Part shown: piece by piece, positions 9,707 to 17,867 of the stretch
Position numbering within the stretch: position 1 is the stretch's first letter
How the letters are laid out: each line of letters opens with the position of its first letter
NCBI GenBank assembly: GCA_963847625.1
Contig: CAWKAR010000027.1
Location: forward strand, 128,001-192,000
DNA: 64,000 nt
Direction: 5' to 3'
Origin: a candidate division FCPU426 bacterium
Lineage (GTDB): Bacteria > Oederibacteriota > Muellerivitia > Muellerivitales > Muellerivitaceae
The notes under the pieces: model-generated
Seen by the model: the letters and a program-made list of their open reading frames with translations, nothing else
The model's database searches: none
What the model was told of the DNA's origin: nothing
Translations under genes and position numbers: made by a program

Positions 9707-10609
9707 ATGGCTTGGTTCCGACGGATCGCGTTGTTTTTGCTGGTCAACTTCCTGGTCATGGTCACCCTCTCCATCACCATGAACCTTTTAGGAATCGGCC
9801 CCTACCTCACGGCCCGGGGAATTGATTACACTTCCTTGATGGTTTTCTGCGTGTTTTGGGGTTTTGGGGGAGCTTTCATTTCCCTGATGCTTTCCAAGAC
9901 CATGGTGAAGTGGAGCATGGGGGTGAAGATCATCCCTCCCGAGAATCCCTCCGGCCCCGAGCAGGAATGGCTCCTTAAAACGGTCCATAAACTGGCCCAA
10001 GAGGCAGGGTTGAAATCCATGCCCGAAGTCGGGATGTACGAAAGCCCGGACCCCAACGCCTTCGCCACGGGTTTCGGCAGGGAAAGTTCCCTGGTATGCG
10101 TTTCCACCGGGTTGTTCCAGCACATGGGAAAAGACGAGATGGAGGGAGTCCTGGGCCATGAGTTGACCCACGTGACCAACGGCGACATGGTCACCATGAC
10201 CCTCCTGCAGGGCGTCATCAACGCATTCGTGATGTTCCTGGCCCGTGTCATCGCTTTCGTGGTCGCCAGGGACAGGCGGAGCAGTTATATGACCCGCTAC
10301 TTCCTGACGATGGCGCTGGAAATCGTCTTGAGCCTGTTCGGCATGATAGTCGTCATGGCTTTTTCCCGCTGGCGGGAATACCGCGCCGACGCGGGCGGGG
10401 CCAGGCTGGCGGGCCGTTACAAGATGATCAACGCCCTTCGGGCCCTGCAACGGGCACAGGAGCATTTAATCCCGACCCAGGAACCCAAGTCCGTGCAGGC
10501 TTTCAAGATATCCAGCCGGGACGGCTGGATGTTCCTCTTTGCCAGCCATCCTCCACTGGAAAAGCGCATCGAACGCCTGGAAAACACCTCGGACGTCGTG
10601 GGTGCTTAA
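9707..10609 (+). CDS. htpX: Zinc metalloprotease HtpX
   Basis: PNAFATG, HELTH, NGDMVTMTLLQG, SRWREYRAD, SHPPLEKRI; AAGGAG RBS. Confidence 0.95.
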   Translation: MAWFRRIALFLLVNFLVMVTLSITMNLLGIGPYLTARGIDYTSLMVFCVFWGFGGAFISLMLSKTMVKWSMGVKIIPPENPSGPEQEWLLKTVHKLAQEAGLKSMPEVGMYESPDPNAFATGFGRESSLVCVSTGLFQHMGKDEMEGVLGHELTHVTNGDMVTMTLLQGVINAFVMFLARVIAFVVARDRRSSYMTRYFLTMALEIVLSLFGMIVVMAFSRWREYRADAGGARLAGRYKMINALRALQRAQEHLIPTQEPKSVQAFKISSRDGWMFLFASHPPLEKRIERLENTSDVVGA

Positions 10610-10649
10610 TAGTAGAACTTCAAAGGCGGTCTTGAAATAAGACTCCGCT

Positions 10650-11753
10650 TCAAGGCCAATTGACAGGGAAATGGATCGGGTGAAAAAGGGAACCGGCTTT
10701 TTGGTACCGCTCCGCTAAGGGCCTGGCCTGCCCGTCCTTTAAAGCTTCCACGTGAAGTTTTTCCCATAAGAAATCGCTCTTTTCCACAATAGCTTTGGCT
10801 TGTTTCCAATAGAACCGGCCCTTGGATTTACGATCTCTCATCCATTCAACTTCCGCAAATCCCAATAGCGTATAAATCCTGCCCCTGGTATCCCCGGTTT
10901 TTTTAAAAAGATCGTCTGCCGTGCGAAAAGCACTGAGGGATTGAGCGTAACTCTTCATCATTTTATAGGTGGTGCCGATGGACCAGAGCGTGTAAGCGTA
11001 GCTCACCCGGTCCCCGATGGTTGCGTACAACTTTTCAGCTTTGCGGTAAAAGGGAAGGGCCTTTCGAAACCGGCCCGCCATGCGTTCCACGTTGCCCAGC
11101 CCGCAATAGGAATAAGCCGTTCCAAAGGTATCACCCCTTTGCCGCATTCGGCGGTTGGCCTCGCGGTAATATTTTCCCGACTCCCCGTACCGGCCCAGCA
11201 TCCGGAAAATTCCCCCCAAGGCGCAACAGACGTAGGAAACGCCTTCGCTGTTTCCCCGGGCCTTGAACATCTTGAGGGCTTTTTGAAGTTCTTGGAGGCC
11301 CTCTTTCATATCCCCGGAGATCCTCAGGGTTCCGCCCAAGGCCCAATGGGTAAAGGCTTCTCCCTCCTTGTCCTTTTGCTTTTGGTACTTGGACAGGGCG
11401 TCCCGGAGATCCCGCAAAGCTTGACGGGGCCGGCCCACCGCACGGGCGGCCAGGGCCCCTCCCACCTGGGCGTCCAAGGCCGAATCAAGGTCCCGATTTT
11501 GGAATATCATCCGGGCTTGACGATAGTGGCCGAGTGCTTCCTGGAAATATCCTTGAATCCGCTCCACATCCGCTAAACCTTTCCAGGCCGCGGCTTTGTC
11601 GAGGAGTTCCGTCGAGTTGTTTTTTAAAATCCGTAAATAATGACGGCGGGCAAGGATAAAAAGGGATTCTCCACGGGCTTTCTCAGCGAGTTGAAAGAGA
11701 AAATCGGTATTTTTTGTAGTTGTCATTGTTTTCATGGCCACAAAGTATCCCAT
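10650..11753 (-). CDS. Tetratricopeptide repeat protein
   Basis: Successive TPR-like helical repeats (AYSYCGLGNVER..G...A..FY..A). Confidence 0.85.
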   Translation of the reverse strand: MGYFVAMKTMTTTKNTDFLFQLAEKARGESLFILARRHYLRILKNNSTELLDKAAAWKGLADVERIQGYFQEALGHYRQARMIFQNRDLDSALDAQVGGALAARAVGRPRQALRDLRDALSKYQKQKDKEGEAFTHWALGGTLRISGDMKEGLQELQKALKMFKARGNSEGVSYVCCALGGIFRMLGRYGESGKYYREANRRMRQRGDTFGTAYSYCGLGNVERMAGRFRKALPFYRKAEKLYATIGDRVSYAYTLWSIGTTYKMMKSYAQSLSAFRTADDLFKKTGDTRGRIYTLLGFAEVEWMRDRKSKGRFYWKQAKAIVEKSDFLWEKLHVEALKDGQARPLAERYQKAGSLFHPIHFPVNWP

Positions 11754-11860
11754 TTTTAGTGGAAGTTTTAAATTTTGCTTTGGGTTTTAAAACAAAGAAG
11801 TTACTAACCATACAAATTAGGTAATAAACGTATTTGGGTAGTGGGTCAGTTTGAAATAGG

Positions 11861-11892
11861 TGCTTGACCGGTCATCAATCTAGGTTTATCCT
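11861..11892 (+). promoter_or_regulatory. Sigma70-like promoter with palindromic operator over -35
   Basis: TTGACC-17 bp-TATCCT; TGACCGGTCA palindrome; ATG 6 nt after -10 with no SD. Confidence 0.6.
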
Positions 11893-11898
11893 TGATTT

Positions 11899-12135
11899 AT
11901 GAAAAAACAAAAAGATGAAAACGAAATAGCTTTTAACATCGTTCAAAAAGCTACTCAAAGCGAATCAACTCCCAGCAAAGATTTAATCAGTAAGATTATG
12001 ACTGAAATGGGACGTAAAGGCGGTTTAAAGGGCGGCAAGGCTAGGGCTGAAAAACTATCGTCCTATCAAAAAACTGAAATAGCTCGTAAAGCCGCAAAAG
12101 CACGTTGGAATAAAAACCCTAAAAAACCACAATAG
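11899..12135 (+). CDS. Small basic protein (GRKGGLKGGKARA; histone-H1-like/KGG type)
   Basis: 78 aa Lys/Arg-rich with GRKGGLKGGKARAEKLS..EIARKAAKARW motif, which I recall occurring next to IS1-like transposases. Confidence 0.8.
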   Translation: MKKQKDENEIAFNIVQKATQSESTPSKDLISKIMTEMGRKGGLKGGKARAEKLSSYQKTEIARKAAKARWNKNPKKPQ

Positions 12136-12434
12136 GTGGATATCCTTGAGATATCATATGGATATCCACTTTCCATATTGGAAACAGGGTTATGTTATGC
12201 CAATAACATCATTTAATGTCACATGTCATGTAATATAATGCGGTAAATAGAAAAATTTACTTCCCGCCTCAAAATCTCTTAAAAAACAGCCATTTATAAG
12301 CAAAAATATCGAAAAAATTCTTTTGACAATACTATCCCTAGTGGTATATAAACCAAAATAGGTTGTTTTAAAGGAGAAAAAACGATGAGAAGAGGTGAAA
12401 CCGCCGGTTTTTAGAGTACGGCGGGAACATAAAT

Positions 12435-12580
12435 GAAAAAAGGGAAAGCGCTCTAGTTTGACCGCCAGGACGCTTTCCCTTACTCACTACTTTTTGGTGG
12501 GGTGTCTGCAACGATGAGGCGGATTGTTTATCCGAGATTCGTTTAGGCTAAGGGTAAAACCCTCAACCCCACCACCACTT
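12435..12580 (-). ncRNA. Candidate structured small RNA inside the transposon
   Basis: Minus-strand TTGACA(12610-12615)-17-TATTAG; 9-bp closing stem 12495-12503/12566-12574 with inner hairpins; 11-bp terminator stem 12440-12450/12471-12481 with U-tract. Confidence 0.5.
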
Positions 12581-12660
12581 ATAGACCTAATAACCCATTG
12601 ATCTGTTCGTGTCAACTCTTTTTTAAAAACCGATTAATTTTAAAGGATAAATATTAGTTT

Positions 12661-12693
12661 ATGCTTGACCGGTTATGCATGAAGTGATATGCT
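12661..12693 (+). promoter_or_regulatory. Transposase promoter with the same palindromic operator
   Basis: ATGCTTGACCGGTTATGCAT near-palindrome; TTGACC-17-TATGCT with TGn extension; GAGGTG RBS before ATG 12712. Confidence 0.65.
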
Positions 12694-12711
12694 TTAATCG
12701 AGGTGAAGAAA

Positions 12712-13563
12712 ATGAATAAACTCAATCAAGAAAAACAAGCGCAGGTTATTCAAGCTCTCGTTGAGGGTTGTTCTATCCGTTCAACGTCACGTATGACCGG
12801 CGTTGCCAAGGGAACGATCTTAAAACTATTGGCTGATGTTGGAAAGGCTTGTGAAAAATTTCACAACGAAAATGTCAAAGGCATTTATGCTCAACGGGTT
12901 CAATGTGATGAAATTTGGGCTTTCTGTTATGCCAAGGATAAAAATCTTCCTGCCCAATATAGGACTACTGAAGGAATGGGAAGCGTTTGGACTTTTACGG
13001 CAATTGAAGCCGATTCAAAACTTTGTATCAACTGGAAAGTAGGACATAGAGACGTTGAAACGGCTTTAGCATTTATGAAAGATTTAAAAAGCCGTTGTAA
13101 GGCTAGGATTCAATTAACAACGGATGCATGGCAAAAATTTTATAATGCGGTTTTTTATTCTTTTGGACAAAACGTGGATTATGCCATGTTACAAAAAGAA
13201 TATTTAGGTCAAGACCCTAAAATTCCAGGTGGCCGATATAGTCCGCCAACGGTAACAGGTTTAAAGAAAACAATCATCAATGGGAAACCAAACGAGGATT
13301 ATATTTCTACAAGTTTTGTAGAACGCCAAAATTTAAATATGCGAATGAGTATGAGGCGGTTTACTCGCTTAACAAATGCCTTTAGTAAGAAATATGAAAA
13401 CCTAAAATTTTCCATTGCTCTTCATTTTTTTTATTATAACTTTTGTCGGATTCATCAATCGTTACGGACAACACCAGCAATGGAAGCGGGACTTACAAAT
13501 CGAGTGTGGGAAATAAAAGATTTATTGTTGTTGATTGAAAACCAAAAATATTTAGTAGCTTAA
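12712..13563 (+). CDS. IS1-family transposase (single ORF, HTH + DDE)
   Basis: EGCSIRSTSRMTGVAKGTI HTH; QCDEIW, TTDAW, VERQNLNMR..RRFTRLTNAFSKK, HQSLRTTPAM. Confidence 0.92.
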   Translation: MNKLNQEKQAQVIQALVEGCSIRSTSRMTGVAKGTILKLLADVGKACEKFHNENVKGIYAQRVQCDEIWAFCYAKDKNLPAQYRTTEGMGSVWTFTAIEADSKLCINWKVGHRDVETALAFMKDLKSRCKARIQLTTDAWQKFYNAVFYSFGQNVDYAMLQKEYLGQDPKIPGGRYSPPTVTGLKKTIINGKPNEDYISTSFVERQNLNMRMSMRRFTRLTNAFSKKYENLKFSIALHFFYYNFCRIHQSLRTTPAMEAGLTNRVWEIKDLLLLIENQKYLVA

Positions 13564-13564
13564 T

Positions 13565-13983
13565 TTATATTCTCACCCCTTTTCCCAAATAACTAGCCAA
13601 AACATCTTTAATAATTTGGACTTCATCGGGGTCGGTTATAAAAGGATGTTCCAGCCCATTTAATAAATCACTAACTGTCGATGCCCTTAATTTTCCCCTG
13701 TAATATTCGTCCCCTTTTTTATTTGTCTATCAAAGAGTGAAATTATTTCCCCAAAATATAAAAAACTATCATACTCTAAAAAAGGATATTCTCTTTTTTT
13801 CACATCGACATTATCGGGAGAACCAAAATCATCGGTATTGATTAGAAGAAATCTAGCTTGACCCAAAGAAATACAATATTTTGGTTTATCTTCCGAGGTT
13901 TCTTTTAGTTCTTCTTTTTTACAGGGGATTTTATAAATATGGCCAATTGGAATTTGAGAAAGCCATATTTTTTCATTTTGCAT
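13565..13983 (-). CDS. Putative toxin of the Panacea pair, split by a -1 frameshift near 13714-13720
   Basis: 98-aa ORF (KPKYCI..FLLINT..YPFLEYDSF, PemK-like pattern) directly after the Panacea gene; -1 frame at A_AAA_AAG stays open to TAA at 13565. Confidence 0.6.
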
Positions 13984-14571
13984 TTAATGATCTTTAATAA
14001 ATGAAACTAATTCCTTTGAGAGTTTTGAGTGGGGCACATCTTTAAAATCAATAATTTGAGTTTCTAACAAATCCTCAAAATACATATTTCCCCTTTTTCC
14101 ATGCTCTCTATTCTTCCAGCGATCTTTATATATTTCGTCGTGAGTGTTTTCAATTATTTGTTTATTATAAAGTTTATCTACTTTTTCAAATGCCCAATTA
14201 AGGGCGAGTTTATCGCTTTCAGATAATTTTGTTATAGGTTTGTTTTCAATTAAATGAATATCTTTTGCGCCGATTTTTTTAATTGTAGACTGATTAATTC
14301 CTACACCTTTTAAGAAATCCAAATATTCTTTATCGCTTTTTAAAAAATTATACAATTCGGAATTAACAGGTCCAAATTCCATTGCATAATATGTCCCCCC
14401 GAAAATTGGACGGCCATAATTTAATAAATGATATTTATCGGCATAATAAACAGTTTTAATTAACCGAAACATTTCATTTGGATTCTTTTTTTCCAAAAGA
14501 AGCGTAAGAGCATCAATTAATTTAAATGGGTTGTGTTTGAAATTTAAACGGGAGGTTTGGCGATCTGCCAT
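13984..14571 (-). CDS. Panacea (SocA/DUF4065) domain antitoxin
   Basis: LIKTVYYADKYHLLNYGRPI.G..YYAMEFGPV.SELY, LSESD, TH motifs; alternative start 14643. Confidence 0.88.
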   Translation of the reverse strand: MADRQTSRLNFKHNPFKLIDALTLLLEKKNPNEMFRLIKTVYYADKYHLLNYGRPIFGGTYYAMEFGPVNSELYNFLKSDKEYLDFLKGVGINQSTIKKIGAKDIHLIENKPITKLSESDKLALNWAFEKVDKLYNKQIIENTHDEIYKDRWKNREHGKRGNMYFEDLLETQIIDFKDVPHSKLSKELVSFIKDH

Positions 14572-14650
14572 GCCTTTTTTAATACAATTGTCTTTGGCGT
14601 TTGGGGCGAAAAATCCGAACCATCTAAAGAGTTTGTTTCTCATATACTAG

Positions 14651-15845
14651 TGACCTTCCCCCAATGTTTGATCCAAATTTAAGTTAGTTAAGGCCCAACT
14701 TTTCGGCCTTTGCTTCCATTGGGGTTTTTCCCCCCAAACTGCTGTGCGGTCTCTGCCAGTTATACACCTGCCTCCACCAATCCACGACTACCTGGGCCTC
14801 CGCTTTTGAAAGAAAAATTTCTTGGTTCAGGCACTCATCCCTAAACTTTCCGTTGAAACTTTCGATGAATCCATTCTGCCATGGACTCCCTGGTTCGATA
14901 TATAGCACCTCTACGCCCTTCTCCTCAAGCCAGTTCCTCAGTTCTTTCGCCACGAACTCTGGCCCGTTGTCCACCCGCAGGCACTTTGGTGTCCCGTACT
15001 CCGTCATCAACTCGTCCAGCGTCTCCAGCACGTCCCGGCTTCTCATTCGCTTCTCCGCCCGGATCTCCAAGCATTCCCTAAATCCTTCATCCAACACCGT
15101 CAAAAACTTCACCTTTCCCCCGAACCATGTCAGGTCATGCACGAAGTCCATCGTCCACACCTCGTTGGAACCCAAAGCCGGGTGGGGCCTTCTCCATTCC
15201 GTCGGAACCCTCTTCTTCCTGGGTCTCCTGCGCGGTAATTGAAGCCCTGCTACCTGGTAGAGCCTCTCCACCCGCTTGTGATTCACATCAAGGCCTCTGC
15301 GTTCCAACATCCACAACATCCGAGGGCTTCCGAAACGTCGGTTTCTTTGCGCTAACTTAACCATTTCCTGCAGGATCACCTGGTTCAACGGATCTTCTGG
15401 CTGGGCCTCATATCGAAAACTCGATCGATTTACCCCAAGAACATCACAGGCTCGTCTTTCCGGTACTTCCTGAGCCTTCAGGGCTTCCACCATGCCTTTT
15501 TGCTCCTCGATCAATACCCCTTTTTTTTATGTGCTCTTGGAGAACCTGAATAGCCAGGGCCTGATCACCCGCTAACTGCTTGAGTTTCCGGTTTTCTTCT
15601 TCCAGCTGTTTGATGCGGTGGACTTCGGAAACTCCAAGGCTTCCGTACATGCGTTTCCAGCGGTAGTAAGTCTGCTCGGAAATGCCATGCTTTCGGAGAA
15701 CTTCCTCAACGGCGGGAGCTTTCTCCGCCTCGCGGAGAATAGCCACTATCTGCTCAGATAAAAACCGTTTCTTTGCCATCTTTCCCCTCCCGATCTATAA
15801 TCCAAAACTAACATATTTTTGGATCAGTTTTCGGGGGAAAGGTCA
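14651..15845 (-). mobile_element. IS3-family insertion sequence, copy 1 (nested)
   Basis: TG...CA imperfect TIRs (TGACCTT.CCCC); 4-bp TSD CTAG; orfA 15779 and orfB 14684-15514 (rve DDE); A8 at the frameshift site versus A9 in copy 2. Confidence 0.95.
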
Positions 15846-16010
15846 CTAGAGTAAACGGAAACTATACTAAAAAGTCAAGTATCCCCAAAAACTACATATT
15901 TGTCCTGATAATTCAAACTGACCCACTACCCGTATTTGTACTATTCTACATATTTGAATTCAAAATTTTGTTCAACCTTCTAATTCCCCTTAAATTTCAA
16001 TGTTTTCAAT

Positions 16011-16026
16011 TGGCATGAAACTCGCT
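16011..16026 (+). promoter_or_regulatory. Sigma54 -24/-12 promoter of amtB1
   Basis: TGGCATGAAACTCGCT, GG-N10-GC spacing, upstream of an ammonium transporter. Confidence 0.7.
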
Positions 16027-16099
16027 TAATCAAAAAGAGCATCGGTGGGGTCCCTGGGGAAAGGGGCATAGCCAATTTTCAATCAAGGAGCGGGGAGAA

Positions 16100-17422
16100 A
16101 TGAAATTTCTTCGAAGTCTTTTTCTGCTTTTGCGGGGGAAGCCGGCTGTATTGGCCATTGCGGTTTTTTCCATTCAATCCCTGGTTCCGGCTTGGGCCCA
16201 GCAGGCGGCACCGGCGGCGCCGGCCATCAGCGCGGGTGATACGGCCTGGGTGCTGGCCTCCTCCGCTTTGGTCCTGTTGATGACGCCGGGCCTGGCCTTT
16301 TTCTACGGCGGAATGGTGCGCCGCAAGAACGTCATGGCCACCATCATGCAGAGCTTTTTCATGGTGGCCCTCATCAGCATCCAATGGGTCGTCTGGGGCT
16401 ATTCCCTGGCCTTCAGCCCGGGAAACAACTATATCGGCGGTTTGAGCTGGCTTTTCCTCGACAACATGCCGGCGGTCAACCCGGCCGCGCCGACCATTCC
16501 CCACTACGCGTTCATGATATTCCAGGCCATGTTCGCCATTATTACGCCGGCCCTGATTTGCGGGGCTTACGCGGAGCGGGTGAAGTTCAAGGGTTTCGTG
16601 GCCTTCTCCCTTCTTTGGGCCACGTTCGTATACGACCCCATCGCCCACTGGGTGTGGGGCGGCGGGTATTTCAAGGACGCCCTGGATTTCGCCGGCGGAA
16701 CGGTTGTGCACATGTCCTCCGGCTACTCCGCCCTGACCCTGGCGCTTCTTTTAGGGACCCGGAAGAACTATGGCAGGGAACCGATGGTCCCGCATAACCT
16801 GACCCTGGTCCTATTGGGGGCGAGCCTGCTGTGGTTCGGTTGGTTCGGCTTCAACGCCGGATCGGCGGGCGCGGCCAACGCCCTGGCTTGTAACGCGTTC
16901 GTCACCACGAATTCGGCTACCGCCATGGCCGCCATCACCTGGTGCGTCATCGAGCTTTTCCACCGCGGAAAGGCCACCTCGCTTGGCGCGGCCTCGGGCG
17001 CGGTGGCGGGCTTGGTCGCCATCACCCCGGCCTGCGGTTTCGTGGATTTGAAAGCATCATTGGTCATCGGCATGATCGTGAGCCTGCTCTGCTATTCCGC
17101 CATCCAGGTCAAAGTGAAAATGGGTTATGACGATTCCCTGGACGCCTTCGGGGTGCACGGGGTCGGGGGAACCTGGGGCGCGCTGGCCACCGGATTGTTC
17201 GCCCTCAAGGCCATCAACGGCACAGATGGGCTTTTCGCGGGAAACCCGGCGCAATTCCTCATCCAAATCAAGGTCGTGGCGTCCACGATCGTTTACGCGG
17301 TGGCCCTGACCACCCTCATTTACTTCGTCGTGGAGAAAACCATCGGCCTGCGGGTATCGCCGAAGGATGAGGAACTGGGTTTGGACCTTTCCCAGCATGG
17401 GGAGGAAGGTTACAACATCTAG
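16100..17422 (+). CDS. amtB: Ammonium transporter
   Basis: MTPGLAFFYGG, FQAMFA, DFAGGTVVH, WFGWFGFN, DDSLDAFGVHG. Confidence 0.97.
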   Translation: MKFLRSLFLLLRGKPAVLAIAVFSIQSLVPAWAQQAAPAAPAISAGDTAWVLASSALVLLMTPGLAFFYGGMVRRKNVMATIMQSFFMVALISIQWVVWGYSLAFSPGNNYIGGLSWLFLDNMPAVNPAAPTIPHYAFMIFQAMFAIITPALICGAYAERVKFKGFVAFSLLWATFVYDPIAHWVWGGGYFKDALDFAGGTVVHMSSGYSALTLALLLGTRKNYGREPMVPHNLTLVLLGASLLWFGWFGFNAGSAGAANALACNAFVTTNSATAMAAITWCVIELFHRGKATSLGAASGAVAGLVAITPACGFVDLKASLVIGMIVSLLCYSAIQVKVKMGYDDSLDAFGVHGVGGTWGALATGLFALKAINGTDGLFAGNPAQFLIQIKVVASTIVYAVALTTLIYFVVEKTIGLRVSPKDEELGLDLSQHGEEGYNI

Positions 17423-17525
17423 GAACTTCTGTTAAAAAAGAATTTCACCACATGCTGTTTTTTAAAAAGCTTTTGTAAGCCTGGAATTTTTCAAATACGG
17501 TGGAACCGTGAGGGGGGTAATAAAG

Positions 17526-17861
17526 ATGAAAAAAATAGAGGCGGTCATCAGGCCAAGCGCTTTGCGGTCGGTTTTGGATGGTTTGAAGATAGTGGGTTAT
17601 CCCGGGGTGACGGTGTTCGAGGTCCAGGGACACGGCAAACAAAAGGGAATCACCGAATCCTACCGGGGGCAGAGCGTGGAAGGACTGCTTCCCAAGATAG
17701 TGGTGACGGCGGTGGTCCACGACAAGCAGGTGGGAAAAGTCACGGGAACCATCCTCAAAGCCACCCGGACGGGGGAGATCGGCGACGGAAAGATCTTCGT
17801 CTCGCCGGTCGCGGATGCCATCCGGATCCGGACGGGGGAAAAAGGGGATAAGGCCCTCTAG
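17526..17861 (+). CDS. glnK: P-II nitrogen regulator
   Basis: MKKIEAVIRP, GHGKQKG, RTGEIGDGKIFVSPV..AIRIRTGE; follows amtB. Confidence 0.93.
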   Translation: MKKIEAVIRPSALRSVLDGLKIVGYPGVTVFEVQGHGKQKGITESYRGQSVEGLLPKIVVTAVVHDKQVGKVTGTILKATRTGEIGDGKIFVSPVADAIRIRTGEKGDKAL

Positions 17862-17867
17862 AACCCT

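Larger units (their letters stand above)
11837..15930 (+). mobile_element. IS1-family cargo-carrying transposon
   Basis: Perfect 19-bp TIRs GGTAGTGGGTCAGTTTGAA (11837-11855 and 15912-15930); 8-bp TSD CGTATTTG (11829-11836, 15931-15938); low GC; IS1-type DDE transposase. Confidence 0.92.

Noticed and set aside
12496..12574. tRNA (minus strand GGTGGGG...CCCCACCA)
   Set aside because: No TTC T-loop, D-loop or 7-nt anticodon arm
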